A stretch of 64,000 nt of DNA. It comes from Candidatus Bathyarchaeia archaeon. GTDB taxonomy: Archaea > Thermoproteota > Bathyarchaeia > Bathyarchaeales > Bathycorpusculaceae. The stretch spans positions 1 through 64,000 of the forward strand of contig JAVZLS010000004.1 of the NCBI GenBank assembly GCA_038883715.1. Reading direction: 5' to 3'. The notes below the pieces were generated by a model, which saw only the letters and a program-made list of their open reading frames with translations, had not been told where the DNA came from and made no database searches. The first letter of the stretch is position 1. The number at the start of each line of letters is the position of its first letter. Below, piece by piece: positions 36,276 through 46,884 of this stretch. The translations under genes were made by a program, and so were the position numbers.

Positions 36276-37772
36276 GTGTTGGAGGCTTCTGTAAGACAGC
36301 TTGACGCTTTCTTCAATCCGAAGTCTGTGGCTGTTGTGGGCGCCACTAAAAAGATAAGCAAGGCTGGACACGTCATATTCAAGAATTTTGCGGAAAACAA
36401 GAGGAGAGGAGTTTTTAAGGGGGAGCTTTACCCAGTAAACCCCCACGAAGACTACATTTTAGGCTTTCAATGTTATCCAAAACTGACAAAAATTCCAGGG
36501 AAGCTCGAACTTGTTGTCATTGTTGTCCCAGCGGAAATTGTTCCAGAAATTATGGAGGACGCCGCAGCCAAGAAGGTCGAAGCTGTTGTCATAATTAGTT
36601 CTGGCTTTGGGGAAATTGGAAACCACGAACTGGAAAGGAAAGTTGTTGAAATTGCGAAAAAGGCGGGGATAAGGGTTCTAGGCCCCAACTGTCTGGGAGT
36701 TTACGACTCCAAAACAGGTGTTGACATGCTCTTCTTGCCAGAAACAAAGATTTTGACTACTGGCGAAGAGGTTGTTGCAACCCCTAGACCGATGAGGGGA
36801 AACATAGCCATAGTAACACAAAGCGGAGCCTTCGGGGTAGCAGCCCTTGACTACTTGGCTGGAAGGCAAATAGGCGTCAGCAAATTTGTAAGCTTTGGAA
36901 ATAAAAGCGATGTAGACGAAGCGGAGATGCTCCACTACCTATATCACGACGATGAAACCAAAGTGATATTGCTTTATGTTGAAGACATAAAGAATGGAAA
37001 AGCCTTCATCGAAGCAGCCTCAAAAGTCACAAAGAAAAAGCCGGTAATAGCCCTAAAAGCCGGAAAAACAGAAGCTGGAGCAAGAGCAGCTGCATCCCAC
37101 ACAGGCGCCATGGCAGGCTCAGACCAAATCTACAACGCCGCCTTCACACAAACTGGAATTCTAAGAGTTAGGGATATGGAAGAATTTTTCGACGCGGCAA
37201 AAGCCTTCGTGATGCAGCCACCAGCCGCGGGGAAAAATGTGGCAATAATAACGGACGCTGGCGGACCGGGGATATTGGCGGCTGACGAATGTGAAACACA
37301 AGGACTGATCGTTAAACGATTCTCTGAAAAGACCCTTCAAAAATTTGAGAAGCTCAAGCGAGAGGAAAAACTTCCAAAATTTGCAACAAACTTAAACCCC
37401 GTTGACGTGACTGGTTCTGCCACTTCTGAAATGTTTGAGTTAGCAGCTGACATAGTCTTCCAAGATCCAGAAATTCATGGGATACTGCTTCTCGGACTGC
37501 ATCACACGCCCGCGTTGCAAGAGGACTACATAGATAGGGTGGCAAAGGTTGCCAGCAAATATGAAAAACCCATTGTTGCATGCGACATAGGCGAAACCGA
37601 AATGGCTTTGCACACCCGCTCAAGGTTTGAAAAGCTTGGAATTCCAGCATACTCCTCTCCGGAGGATGCTGCAAGAGCCATGAGCGCCCTCGTAAAATAT
37701 GGGTTATACTTGAAAAAGAAGGGATACTTCAAAGAATACCTGCAAAAATTCTTTAAGGAAAAGCATAAGTAA
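36276..37772 (+). CDS. acdA: ADP-forming acetyl/acyl-CoA synthetase, alpha subunit
   Basis: FFNPKSVAVVGA, YPVNP, GPNCLG, QSGA, GNKSDV, AASHTGAMAG (phospho-His), NPVDVTG. Confidence 0.9.
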   Translation: MLEASVRQLDAFFNPKSVAVVGATKKISKAGHVIFKNFAENKRRGVFKGELYPVNPHEDYILGFQCYPKLTKIPGKLELVVIVVPAEIVPEIMEDAAAKKVEAVVIISSGFGEIGNHELERKVVEIAKKAGIRVLGPNCLGVYDSKTGVDMLFLPETKILTTGEEVVATPRPMRGNIAIVTQSGAFGVAALDYLAGRQIGVSKFVSFGNKSDVDEAEMLHYLYHDDETKVILLYVEDIKNGKAFIEAASKVTKKKPVIALKAGKTEAGARAAASHTGAMAGSDQIYNAAFTQTGILRVRDMEEFFDAAKAFVMQPPAAGKNVAIITDAGGPGILAADECETQGLIVKRFSEKTLQKFEKLKREEKLPKFATNLNPVDVTGSATSEMFELAADIVFQDPEIHGILLLGLHHTPALQEDYIDRVAKVASKYEKPIVACDIGETEMALHTRSRFEKLGIPAYSSPEDAARAMSALVKYGLYLKKKGYFKEYLQKFFKEKHK

Positions 37773-37779
37773 GCATAAG

Positions 37780-38196
37780 CTATTCGAGGACTATCCTAAC
37801 TTCCACTTCGTCGCCGTCTTTAAGTTTCAAATTCTCCCTCAAATTTGAAGGAGCAATAATTTCCAAAACATCCCCGGGATAGTTTTCTACACATGGTAGT
37901 ACAACGGCGCATGCCACATCACTCTTGATGTACGCCCTAAAACATTTTCCTCTGCAGTACCCAGGCTCCGGCAAAATCTCCACGGCTTTTGCGTTTTCCA
38001 GAAGACCCCTAACTTTTGCATGTTTGCCGATCAGCTTCAAGTTTAGTGTTCCAGGATGCGGTACGAAACCAAACTTTTCCTTTATCTGTCGTCTAACCCA
38101 TGGGAGGGTAGTGAAGAACACGCCTTCTCCGGTTCCGGAGAAGATTTTCCCCTTCACAAGGACTATTTTTGCTGATGCCTTCTTTTCTTTGGTCAT
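37780..38196 (-). CDS. ribK: CTP-dependent riboflavin kinase (stand-alone)
   Basis: GKIFSGTGEG, PHPGTLNL, LEIIAPSNLRENLKLKDGDEV. Confidence 0.9.
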   Translation of the reverse strand: MTKEKKASAKIVLVKGKIFSGTGEGVFFTTLPWVRRQIKEKFGFVPHPGTLNLKLIGKHAKVRGLLENAKAVEILPEPGYCRGKCFRAYIKSDVACAVVLPCVENYPGDVLEIIAPSNLRENLKLKDGDEVEVRIVLE

Positions 38197-38217
38197 GAGC
38201 CTTTTTCCGTTTTATGC

Positions 38218-38592
38218 TTATGTTCTTCCATGTTCTTTCAGCCAGTTTGCAACCTTCCGGAACATGGGGTTCGATGACATGTCCATAACAGGGACTATTA
38301 TCTTTTCTCTGGTCTCAATCAGCGGCTGATATTTTGGCATGAGCGCATATCCAACGAAAGTCCAGTAAACCCTCCTGTTTTCTACAAGAGCCTTTGCAGC
38401 AGTTTCCGTTGATGCTGGAAGCGGGAAATAAAGGAACACGACGCCTTCAGCCCAGTACAAGCCCGCCGTTTTTCCTCCAGCTATTATTGAGGCAAACCGT
38501 GCGATGTCTTCTGGCGATGAGAAAAAGTTGCGCTCCATAATGACAATTTCCCTAAAAGGTTCGAATTTGACGTCTACTTCGCCTTCAGCCAT
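38218..38592 (-). CDS. Hypothetical protein
   Basis: MAEGEVDVKFEPFREIVIME...LYWAEGVVFLYFP. Start set at ATG 38592 (GGTT upstream) because the longer ORF overlaps ino1. Confidence 0.7.
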   Translation of the reverse strand: MAEGEVDVKFEPFREIVIMERNFFSSPEDIARFASIIAGGKTAGLYWAEGVVFLYFPLPASTETAAKALVENRRVYWTFVGYALMPKYQPLIETREKIIVPVMDMSSNPMFRKVANWLKEHGRT

Positions 38593-38711
38593 AACCTTTT
38601 CGCCTTTTGATAGTCTGTTTAAGTTCCCTTTTAATCTTGCCGTAAACCAGAAAAGGTTATAGAGCACAAAAGCTAAACCCTTCACCAAACCATCAAAAGA
38701 GGGACAAGAGC

Positions 38712-39791
38712 TTGGCTGAAATCCGAGTGGCAATAGTTGGCGTTGGAAACTCAGCATCAGCCCTAATTCAAGGGGTGGAATACTACAAAAACGCAAAAGA
38801 GGGCGAAACGGTTCCGGGACTAATGCATGTGAACTTTGGCGGATACCACGTCAGAGACATAAAGTTCGTTGCAGCCTTCGACGTGGACAAAAACAAGATT
38901 GGAAAGGACTTGGCTGAAGCCATATTCACTAGGCCGAACTGCTGTGCTAAATTTGCAGACGTGCCACCACTAAGCGTGAAAGTCCAGCCGGGACCAGTCT
39001 TGGACGGGGTGGCTAAACACATGAAAGAGACCTTCAACGTTTACAGCGAAAATGAGGTTAAACCTTCAGACGTCACAGGCGTCTTAAAAGATTCCAAAGC
39101 AGAAATCCTCATCAATTATTTGCCTGTTGGAAGCCACCACGCCACACGCTTTTATGCCCAGGCTGCTTTAGATGCGGGATGCGCCTTCATAAACTGCATA
39201 CCGGAATTTATTGCCTCGGACCCTGCATGGAGCCGTAAATTTGAGGAGCGTGGTCTTCCGGTGGCTGGTGACGACATTAAAAGCCAGCTTGGCGCGACCA
39301 TACTGCACAGAAATCTCGTTAGGCTGTGCGTTGACAGAGGCGTAATTGTCGACGAAACATATCAGCTGAATCTTGGTGGAGACACAGATTTTCTAAATAT
39401 GACGGTTGAAGAACGCCTAAAAACAAAACGCATAAGCAAAACAGATGCTGTAAAAAGCCTAGTGCCATACGACCTGCCAACCCGCATAGGACCATCAGAC
39501 TACGTGCCCTTTCTGGGGAACAAGAAAATATGCTATATATGGCTGAAGGGGAGAAAATTCGGCGACAGACCCCTAACAATAGCCGTCAAACTTGAAGTGG
39601 AAGACTCACCCAACAGCGCCGGAGTGGTCATAGACGTGATAAGGGCTGTAAAATTGGCTTTAGACCGAAAAATAGCTGGACCCCTAATAAGCATATCATC
39701 ATACGCCTTCAAACATCCGCCAGTGCAAGTGCCAGACCCCGTCGCAAAAGAATGGGTGGAAGAATATATTAAGGGCAAGCGGGAACGCTGA
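38712..39791 (+). CDS. ino1: Inositol-3-phosphate synthase
   Basis: VAIVGVGNSASAL, NYLPVGS, GDDIKSQLGAT, QLNLGGDTDF, DSPNSAG. Confidence 0.95.
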   Translation: MAEIRVAIVGVGNSASALIQGVEYYKNAKEGETVPGLMHVNFGGYHVRDIKFVAAFDVDKNKIGKDLAEAIFTRPNCCAKFADVPPLSVKVQPGPVLDGVAKHMKETFNVYSENEVKPSDVTGVLKDSKAEILINYLPVGSHHATRFYAQAALDAGCAFINCIPEFIASDPAWSRKFEERGLPVAGDDIKSQLGATILHRNLVRLCVDRGVIVDETYQLNLGGDTDFLNMTVEERLKTKRISKTDAVKSLVPYDLPTRIGPSDYVPFLGNKKICYIWLKGRKFGDRPLTIAVKLEVEDSPNSAGVVIDVIRAVKLALDRKIAGPLISISSYAFKHPPVQVPDPVAKEWVEEYIKGKRER

Positions 39792-39799
39792 AACGGCTT

Positions 39800-40054
39800 T
39801 TAGCCTAACTTCTCCAAAACAGAGAGAACACTGCAAACGGCTGAAATCCACCTTAAGTAGGCGTTTAAGGCTGCCCGCAAAGCCACAGTGTCCTTCGCTT
39901 CAACAGCCAAAACCAGAAAAGTGTTTTCAATTTTTAAGTTTGCTTTGGAGCGCGTTGTGGCTGGTTTTGCGGTTTCCGGCATAAGCGCCTCATAAACTAT
40001 TCTTAAATCCTTTTTTAAAGGAAGTTTTAGGCGAATAATGGCTTTAGCCTTCAT
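39800..40054 (-). CDS. pcc1: KEOPS complex subunit Pcc1
   Basis: ALMPE...RS...EAKDTVALRAALNAYLRWI; expected position in the exosome operon. Confidence 0.88.
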   Translation of the reverse strand: MKAKAIIRLKLPLKKDLRIVYEALMPETAKPATTRSKANLKIENTFLVLAVEAKDTVALRAALNAYLRWISAVCSVLSVLEKLG

Positions 40055-40607
40055 GAACCCGCAAGTCCCAGACTAGATGAGATATTCTCATCCTCGGACC
40101 TATTTCCACATTTTCCGTAAGAAGTCTAAAAGTCGCTACTACTTCCCCTGCTGAATTAGTGGTGGTTTGCATTATGGCACTATAGCCCCGGTACTCATCC
40201 TCGCGGGACACTATGGGAATGCCAAAGAATTCTGAAAACGCCTTTTCGAGCCTATTAACCTCTGGGGATTGCTTTGGCGAAGATGCGATGGCAACAGATT
40301 TTATCCTTCTACCCCTTGGCATGGTTTGAAATTCTCTGCGGAGTTTCACGCCTCTCAAATATATTAGTGGCGGTACTGGTTGCAGCTTGCCATCAACATG
40401 GTAAAGCTCTATTTTTCCAGGACCGCCTTTCCAACGGTCAACAATAACTACTTTTTCAGCGCCAAGCTCTAGAGCTTTTGCTGCCACACCTTCAAGGCTC
40501 AATTTTCCACGGTTTATCCTCAAAATATTTGGAAGCGTATGCGAAAGGTCTTTGCAAAAGGTTCTTATGCCCTTAGTTGGTCTCCGGGAGGTTGTTAAAA
40601 GTATCAA
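40044..40607 (-). CDS. Brix-domain ribosome biogenesis protein
   Basis: ILLTTSRRPT..IRTFCKDL, INRGKLSL, WKGGPG. Confidence 0.9.
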   Translation of the reverse strand: MILLTTSRRPTKGIRTFCKDLSHTLPNILRINRGKLSLEGVAAKALELGAEKVVIVDRWKGGPGKIELYHVDGKLQPVPPLIYLRGVKLRREFQTMPRGRRIKSVAIASSPKQSPEVNRLEKAFSEFFGIPIVSREDEYRGYSAIMQTTTNSAGEVVATFRLLTENVEIGPRMRISHLVWDLRVHEG

Positions 40608-40616
40608 GATTTCAGC

Positions 40617-40919
40617 CTATTCTTCTTCTGCTGCTGTTGAAGCCTCAACCTCTTCTACAGGAGCCCCTTTGGCCACACGTCTAGCCACTATGCCAAGCTT
40701 TGTGGCTGGAGTGTAAGCGCCACCCGTGAAGGTGAAGCCGCATTTTCTGCATTCCCACACGCCAACGCTCACTCGCTTAACTCTTGGAAGCCCACATCGA
40801 GGACATTTGTGGCTTTTCTTCATTTCAGTAACTATTTTTATGTAGCGCTTCCTGACGGTGGCTCCATAGCGGGGTCCTAAACCCCTCGTTGGACCAATTT
40901 TCTTTGTTCTTCTACCCAT
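40617..40919 (-). CDS. rpl37ae: 50S ribosomal protein L37Ae (eL43)
   Basis: GPRYGATVRKR, CPRC...GVWECRKCGFTFTGGAY. Confidence 0.95.
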   Translation of the reverse strand: MGRRTKKIGPTRGLGPRYGATVRKRYIKIVTEMKKSHKCPRCGLPRVKRVSVGVWECRKCGFTFTGGAYTPATKLGIVARRVAKGAPVEEVEASTAAEEE

Positions 40920-40921
40920 CT

Positions 40922-41713
40922 TCACCACCCTAGCTTCTTCCTAATTTCTGCGGCTTTCTCTCTGGCAATTTGGACAGCCTCAAACACATGTTTTGGCGTG
41001 AAGTATCCGCTTCCGCCCTTCTGAACGGCGCATATGTTGCCGTCATCATCAATTGTTATGGTCAGTCTGGCATCCATAATTTGTTCCTCTTCAAGCCAAG
41101 GGTCCACAACAAGTTTATCATTTATCTTCGCAAAAGTAACCGATACCGGATGCCTTCTTACCGGAAGCGCCGTATACCCGGGCCTGATTTTTACTTCGCC
41201 TTCCTCGATTTCGTAGTTAAACATTTTTGTGTTGAGGAGTGCAGCCATGGCGGCTAACGATGATGCGTCAATTAGGTTTCCATCATGGTTAAGCACATAA
41301 ATGTCCACAAATATTACAAAGACTTTCTTGCCCGGTGTTATGCAGAGCTTATCTAGCTCAATGGCTTTTGACTCCCTAATCCCACGGTCAACAACCCTTG
41401 CCAACTCTATCGAGTTTTCATCTGGCGGTCCGGGCTCAAAGGTTGGCGAAGCTAAGGGCACAAGTTCAGCATTTACGGTTAAGACTCCCTCGTTGGGCGT
41501 GTCTGGAAACGGCTCTCCAGTTTCAATTTTAACTCCAACCATAACCTCTGTTTTTCCAAGAAGAACCCTTGCAGAGCCTTCAGCTCTTTCAATTATTCCC
41601 TGCTCCACTTTTATCTCCCTGTAATCAGTTAAGCCTCTGCCGTCAAGCCTCTTTCCCTTTGCAATCAGTTGTGCAATTTGCTTTTGCTTAACGCGGACAA
41701 CTATCGTCGACAT
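40922..41713 (-). CDS. rrp42: Exosome complex component Rrp42
   Basis: RLDGRGLTDYR, AEGSA, ELARVVDRGIRES, HDGNLIDA, QKGG. Confidence 0.95.
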   Translation of the reverse strand: MSTIVVRVKQKQIAQLIAKGKRLDGRGLTDYREIKVEQGIIERAEGSARVLLGKTEVMVGVKIETGEPFPDTPNEGVLTVNAELVPLASPTFEPGPPDENSIELARVVDRGIRESKAIELDKLCITPGKKVFVIFVDIYVLNHDGNLIDASSLAAMAALLNTKMFNYEIEEGEVKIRPGYTALPVRRHPVSVTFAKINDKLVVDPWLEEEQIMDARLTITIDDDGNICAVQKGGSGYFTPKHVFEAVQIAREKAAEIRKKLGW

Positions 41714-42447
41714 TACTCTTCAACCTCCTTAACGCTGACATATTTGGCTTTTAAGGCTTCCTTCTGCAAGGCGTAAATTTTCTTGCAGCCTTCGATGGCG
41801 AGGTTAACAGCCTTTTCAAACTCCTCTGGTGTTAGAATTCCGTCCATTTGAAGAAGCGTTATAACGCCCAGATTCGGCATGTAAGCCACAGGAACATCTG
41901 CCAAGCCGACCTTATCCTCAACATCCATCAAATCCAACACTATTGTGTCATCTACTTTTCCAGCTGAACAAGCAACCACTAGGTCCCGCATGGGTATGCC
42001 AGCATCCGCCAAAGCCAGCGACGCTGCTGTAATGCTTGTGCACCTTGTGCTTCCATCAGCTTGCAAAACTTCAACAAAAACGTCCGTTGCTGTACGCGGG
42101 TAATACTCAACAAAAATGGCTGGTTCAATGGCTTCCCTAATAACCTTTGACAATTCAATTTCCCTTCTAGATGGCGCCGGTGACTTTCGTTCCTGAACAG
42201 AGAATGGTGCCATGTGGTAGCGGCATCTTAAAACCATGCGGTCAGGCAAAGCCATATGCTTTGGATGCAGCTCTTTTGGACCGTAAACAGCGGCTAAAAT
42301 TTTGTTTTTCCCCTGTTCAATGTAGGCTGAACCATCAGCGTTTGATAAAACGCCAACCTCAATCTTTATCGGCCTAAGTTCGTCAGGCTTTCTTCCATCA
42401 AGCCTTAAACCTTTTTTATCAATCAATTTTTCAGTTTTTTGACTCAT
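41713..42447 (-). CDS. rrp41: Exosome complex exonuclease Rrp41
   Basis: [42 protein letters not shown]. Confidence 0.96.
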   Translation of the reverse strand: MSQKTEKLIDKKGLRLDGRKPDELRPIKIEVGVLSNADGSAYIEQGKNKILAAVYGPKELHPKHMALPDRMVLRCRYHMAPFSVQERKSPAPSRREIELSKVIREAIEPAIFVEYYPRTATDVFVEVLQADGSTRCTSITAASLALADAGIPMRDLVVACSAGKVDDTIVLDLMDVEDKVGLADVPVAYMPNLGVITLLQMDGILTPEEFEKAVNLAIEGCKKIYALQKEALKAKYVSVKEVEE

Positions 42448-42449
42448 TT

Positions 42450-43151
42450 CTAATTTCCTCCTTTTTTCTCTTTTTCCTTCCTAATCATCTGCAAAATCCG
42501 GTCTGTTAACCCGGTCGTGTGGGATTCCTCCTCAATCTTGTGGATTGCCATCATCGCTAACTCCTCGTCTTCCAGGCTTTTGCCAGTGATTAATATGATT
42601 CCGTTATGCCCTAATATTATGTGGCAACCAGTCTCCTGCTTTATCATGGATATCATTGAACCCTTTTTGCCAATCACACGGGGGATTTTTGTAGGCGTTA
42701 TTTTCACTATTTGCCCACGAGTTATTTTCCCAAGTCCGGGCTCATCCACACTTAATTGTGGGTTATGGGTTCGATCATAGGAGACTATTTTAGCAACAAC
42801 AAGGTCTCCAACATCCAGCACCTCTGTTAAGTCATTCTTCTGCGGTTTAAATGGTCTGTTTAGCACGTCGGAAGCCCTTAGGATAGCTAAGTATGGCGCG
42901 TTTATGTCAACAGTCCATCCGCTAAAGCCAACTTCAACAACTGTGCCGATGACTGTGTCGCCCACCCTTGGAATGTAGAAGGCTCTTAAGGCGACAACAC
43001 TAACCTTTTTATCTTCGTATTCCACGAGTCCGATTCTTGCGGCGTAAATCCTGTTGTCCTCTTTATACGTGTTCTCTCCAGCTATGTAGTCGCCCTCGGC
43101 GAGTAGGTCGCCGGGAGTTGCAATCTGCCTCCTTTCAAAAAATGTTGGCAT
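42450..43151 (-). CDS. rrp4: Exosome RNA-binding protein Rrp4
   Basis: [17 protein letters not shown] (S1), [13 protein letters not shown] (KH), HTTGLTDRI. Confidence 0.95.
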   Translation of the reverse strand: MPTFFERRQIATPGDLLAEGDYIAGENTYKEDNRIYAARIGLVEYEDKKVSVVALRAFYIPRVGDTVIGTVVEVGFSGWTVDINAPYLAILRASDVLNRPFKPQKNDLTEVLDVGDLVVAKIVSYDRTHNPQLSVDEPGLGKITRGQIVKITPTKIPRVIGKKGSMISMIKQETGCHIILGHNGIILITGKSLEDEELAMMAIHKIEEESHTTGLTDRILQMIRKEKEKKGGN

Positions 43152-43180
43152 AAAACACACACTCACAATTTAACCATAAG

Positions 43181-43870
43181 TTAGGATATCACTTTCGCTT
43201 CGGCGTTCCCCTTCGTTACTTCCCCAATTTTCTCGAGGAAAGGTCCGTAAAGACCAGCGGGCATTTCGAGAATGCCGTGCCATGAGCCGTCAGCTCGCCA
43301 TTCTTCACGTTTTATCGTCCCGAAGGCTTTTAGAGTTCCATAGGCTCTTGCCGCATATTCGGCTGGTATGTGCACACTGACAGAGACTTGTTCCATTTTT
43401 AGTGGTAGAATTTGCCTTAGCAGCTTTATTACTTCTCTTGCTTGCTCCTCTGTTGGCTTAAAGGGATCTATTGAATAGTGAATTTGCTCCATAGCTTGCT
43501 CAATGCGAAGTGGCGGATGGGGAAGATTTGTTCTAGGGTCTACACACTGCTTTGATATGAAGGCTATTATTTGTCTCCGTTTTTCCTCAATCATTTTTCT
43601 GCGCTGTTCCGTTGTAAGCTGCAATGTGCCCTTTTTTATGATTATGTCCGCCACTTTGAGGGGATCTGTTGTTCCAAAGGCTTTACGTATGGCTTCCTCT
43701 GAAACTTTTGTGCCTTTACTCGCGTCTGAAAAAATTGTTTCAGTCACTAGGACTTCTGTTATTGAGGATATTTTGCCAAGACGGTAGTCGAGCGCCTTGT
43801 CTGGCTTTACGAGAACCTCGAAATGCTCATTATCCTTTGTAATACGCGCAACAGTATATTTTTCACTCAT
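43181..43870 (-). CDS. Ribosome maturation factor SBDS/SDO1
   Basis: HFEVLV, IFSDASKG, LQLTTEQRR, DPRTNLPHPP.RIE.AM. Confidence 0.95.
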   Translation of the reverse strand: MSEKYTVARITKDNEHFEVLVKPDKALDYRLGKISSITEVLVTETIFSDASKGTKVSEEAIRKAFGTTDPLKVADIIIKKGTLQLTTEQRRKMIEEKRRQIIAFISKQCVDPRTNLPHPPLRIEQAMEQIHYSIDPFKPTEEQAREVIKLLRQILPLKMEQVSVSVHIPAEYAARAYGTLKAFGTIKREEWRADGSWHGILEMPAGLYGPFLEKIGEVTKGNAEAKVIS

Positions 43871-43877
43871 CCCCTCT

Positions 43878-44606
43878 TCACTTGCCCGAAACAAACTTCT
43901 TTACATAAGCCTCAACTTTCTCGTCACTGAGCATCTCCATCTTCTTTGTCGCCGACGGAATAACAGCAATCTTTATCCTTGGCGGAAGTTGCCTAGCCTC
44001 GAGAGCCTTAACCAAACATTTAACCGCGAGTTTTATGGCATCTTCGAGGCTCATGTCTTCGCGGTATTCTTCCTTCAAAATATTCATTACGGTATCTCTT
44101 CCAGCGCCAACAGCCGTAGCCTTATGTCCCTTATATGTTCCGCTGGGATGCGTTATGAAAAGGTGATTTCCAGTTTTGTCTACTCCCCCGAATATCAGTG
44201 AAACACCGAAGGGTCTGACGCCGGCATGCTGCGTGTAAAGCTGTTGTATGTCGCATATGCGTTTGGTTACAACCTCAACATCTATTGGTTCATCATAAGT
44301 TAACCGATTACTTTGCGCATAAATTCGCGCCTGGTCTATCAAAACCCTCGCATCAGAGCTTAAACCAACTATTGCTGCGCCGATATGCTCGTCAATCTTG
44401 AAAATCTTCCACGAGGAACCTGTTTCCTCAAGGGGCTCAACAGTTTCCTCAGCCCCCAAAACAACCCCTTCAGAACACTTTATCCCCAAAATTGTTGCCC
44501 CACGGTTAACAAGTTCCATAGCATATTCAACTTGGAAAAGCCTACCATCTGGCGAAAAGACGGTTATGGCACGGTCATATGCTCCCGGAGCTGCAAACAC
44601 TGACAT
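43878..44606 (-). CDS. psmA: Proteasome subunit alpha
   Basis: AYDRAITVFSPDGRLFQVEYA, YTQHAGVRPFGVSL. Start set at ATG 44606. Confidence 0.96.
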   Translation of the reverse strand: MSVFAAPGAYDRAITVFSPDGRLFQVEYAMELVNRGATILGIKCSEGVVLGAEETVEPLEETGSSWKIFKIDEHIGAAIVGLSSDARVLIDQARIYAQSNRLTYDEPIDVEVVTKRICDIQQLYTQHAGVRPFGVSLIFGGVDKTGNHLFITHPSGTYKGHKATAVGAGRDTVMNILKEEYREDMSLEDAIKLAVKCLVKALEARQLPPRIKIAVIPSATKKMEMLSDEKVEAYVKKFVSGK

Positions 44607-44840
44607 CAATATCAACCTCACATTTACGCTAATCAAACACTTGCAGAACACTCATATAACAACTTAACTAAAAACCTTTTCTTTATCCCGCATGCTTTCA
44701 GATAGCCGCTAAGCCTTAAAATTTAACCTTAACATACAGCGAAAAGAATCTACAGTTTAATCGCCAAGTTTATATTGCCCACTAATATTCTATTCAACGG
44801 CACTATATCAGTTTACACTCCTAATGGAGCGTCTCGTTAA

Positions 44841-45656
44841 GTGGAAGTAGAGGTACTTGAAAGAGACGACAAAAACTTGCGCTTGCTAATAAGGGCAGTT
44901 GACACTCCGTTTATTAACGCCTTAAGAAGGAATGTTATTGCTGAAGTTCCTTGTATGGCCATAGACGATGTCGTTATTATCGAGAATTCTTCTGTTTTCC
45001 ATGATGAAATAATAGCGCATAGGCTTGGATTAATCCCTTTAAAAACCGACCTCGACAGTTACAACCTTCCGGAAGAGTGTTCGTGCAAAAGCGAGTTTGG
45101 ATGCAACTTATGTAGAGTTACACTCACATTAGATAGGGAGGCAAAAGAAGGAACAATAACGGTTTATTCCGGCGAGCTTATCTCGGAAAACCCAAACATC
45201 GTTCCTGTCAGCGACAAAATCCCCATAGTTAAGCTTGCAAAAGGGCAAAAGTTGAGGCTTGAGGCTTACGCGAGACTTGGGAAAGGAAAGAACCACGCCA
45301 AGTGGCAGCCGGTTTCACTGTGCTCATACAAGTATCTGCCACAAATAAAAGTAAACAGCGAAAGCTGTGATGCTTGCGGGAAATGTATAGAGATATGCCC
45401 AAGAAAAGTTTTGGCAAAACGTGAAGGAAAAGTGGAGGTTCGCAACTCGCTGGCTTGTACTTTGTGCCGAGACTGCGTGGACGTTTGCCCAAAACAACCG
45501 CCAGCAATAGAAGTTAACTGGGAGAAAAACGCTTTCATATTCAACATCGAGTCAACAGGTGTCCTACCACCAGAAAGAATCATAACGGAAGCTGTAAAAA
45601 TTTTGGACAAAGACCTTAAAGAGCTTGCAAAACAAATTGAGGTGCAAAAGGCTTGA
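44841..45656 (+). CDS. rpoD: DNA-directed RNA polymerase subunit D (Rpo3) with ferredoxin-like insert
   Basis: NALRR, DEIIAHRLGLIPL, KNHAKWQP; CDACGKCIEICP and CTLCRDCVDVCP. Confidence 0.96.
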   Translation: MEVEVLERDDKNLRLLIRAVDTPFINALRRNVIAEVPCMAIDDVVIIENSSVFHDEIIAHRLGLIPLKTDLDSYNLPEECSCKSEFGCNLCRVTLTLDREAKEGTITVYSGELISENPNIVPVSDKIPIVKLAKGQKLRLEAYARLGKGKNHAKWQPVSLCSYKYLPQIKVNSESCDACGKCIEICPRKVLAKREGKVEVRNSLACTLCRDCVDVCPKQPPAIEVNWEKNAFIFNIESTGVLPPERIITEAVKILDKDLKELAKQIEVQKA

Positions 45657-46015
45657 AGAAGGTTAAGGCTACAAACCCGGAGCTTATCGAGACTATTCGT
45701 TTCTTGAAAAAGCAGAGCAAAGAAAACAAGGCGAAAATTTGGAGAAGCACAGCTGAACTTTTATCAAATTCCAGAAGAAAGCGCATAGCCGTAAACATCA
45801 GCCGACTGAACAGATACACGGAGAAAAACGAAACAGTGGTTGTCCCCGGCAAAGTGCTAGGCGCAGGCGAAATAGACCATCCAATAACCGTTGCAGCCTT
45901 CGCCTTTTCACAGAAAGCCAAGGAAAAAATAAAGAGGGCGCGGGGGAAATGCCTATCCATAATCGAGCTTGTCAAGAAAAACCCGAAAGGTTCAAAGGTT
46001 AAGATAATAGGGTGA
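45653..46015 (+). CDS. rpl18e: 50S ribosomal protein L18e
   Basis: TNPEL, VNISRLNR, VVPGKVLGAG, NPKGS. Confidence 0.96.
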   Translation: MKKVKATNPELIETIRFLKKQSKENKAKIWRSTAELLSNSRRKRIAVNISRLNRYTEKNETVVVPGKVLGAGEIDHPITVAAFAFSQKAKEKIKRARGKCLSIIELVKKNPKGSKVKIIG

Positions 46016-46019
46016 TCAA

Positions 46020-46457
46020 ATGCGGCTAGAAAGTGATTATAAAGTCATTAATGCTGATGGCCTTATTCTTGGAAGAATGGCAAGCATAATTGCCAAACGC
46101 TTACTAAAAGGCGAAAAAATAGCTGTTGTAAATGCGGAAAAAGCCATAATATCCGGCAAAAAGAAAAGCAAAGTAAGAGAAGCAAAAGAGTTTCTCGAGG
46201 TTGGACACCCAGGAAAAGGTCCAATGCATCCTAGGAGGCCCGACAGAATCCTCAGAAGAACTATTAGAGGGATGCTTCCATATAAACAACCGAAGGGCAA
46301 GCAAGCCTACAAAAGGCTTAGGGTTTTCATAGGTGTTCCAGACGAACTTAAAAATCGGGAAATGGAAACCATAGAGGAAGCGCAAGCCAAAAAGTTAACT
46401 TGTCCCTACTTCACACTTGGTGAACTTGCAAAGGAAGTAGGCTGGGGTGGTGAATAA
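46020..46457 (+). CDS. rpl13: 50S ribosomal protein L13
   Basis: [25 protein letters not shown]. Confidence 0.96.
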   Translation: MRLESDYKVINADGLILGRMASIIAKRLLKGEKIAVVNAEKAIISGKKKSKVREAKEFLEVGHPGKGPMHPRRPDRILRRTIRGMLPYKQPKGKQAYKRLRVFIGVPDELKNREMETIEEAQAKKLTCPYFTLGELAKEVGWGGE

Positions 46458-46458
46458 A

Positions 46459-46869
46459 ATGCCAGCGAAAAAAGTTCTTGTGGTCAGCGGGAAACGAAAG
46501 ACAGCTATAGCACGTGCCGTTGTCAAGCCTGGCATAGGAAGGATAAGAATCAACATGACTCCGCTTGAGATTTACCAGCCGGAAGTTGCCCGCCAAAAAA
46601 TAATGGAGCCACTAATGCAAGCTGGCGACGAGGTTTGGAAACAACTGGACATAGACATTAAAGTTTCGGGCGGAGGCTACATGGGGCAAGCTGAAGCAGC
46701 TAGGATGGCAATTGCAAACGCCCTACTAAAATGGACTAAGAGCACACAATTGCGCACAGCATTCATAGAATATGATAGAACAATGATTGTAGGCGACCCG
46801 AGAAGGAAAGAGCCTAAGAAGTTTGGTGGTCCCGGTGCAAGGGCAAGGGATCAGAAGAGCTATAGATGA
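46459..46869 (+). CDS. rps9: 30S ribosomal protein S9
   Basis: [39 protein letters not shown]. Confidence 0.96.
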   Translation: MPAKKVLVVSGKRKTAIARAVVKPGIGRIRINMTPLEIYQPEVARQKIMEPLMQAGDEVWKQLDIDIKVSGGGYMGQAEAARMAIANALLKWTKSTQLRTAFIEYDRTMIVGDPRRKEPKKFGGPGARARDQKSYR

Positions 46870-46884
46870 TTGGAGGTTAAAGCA

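Noticed and set aside
38593-38796. Long N-terminal extensions given by the ORF track (38796, 20871, 44651, 62546, 43894)
   Set aside because: They overlap neighbouring genes or promoters, and conserved sequence begins at downstream starts
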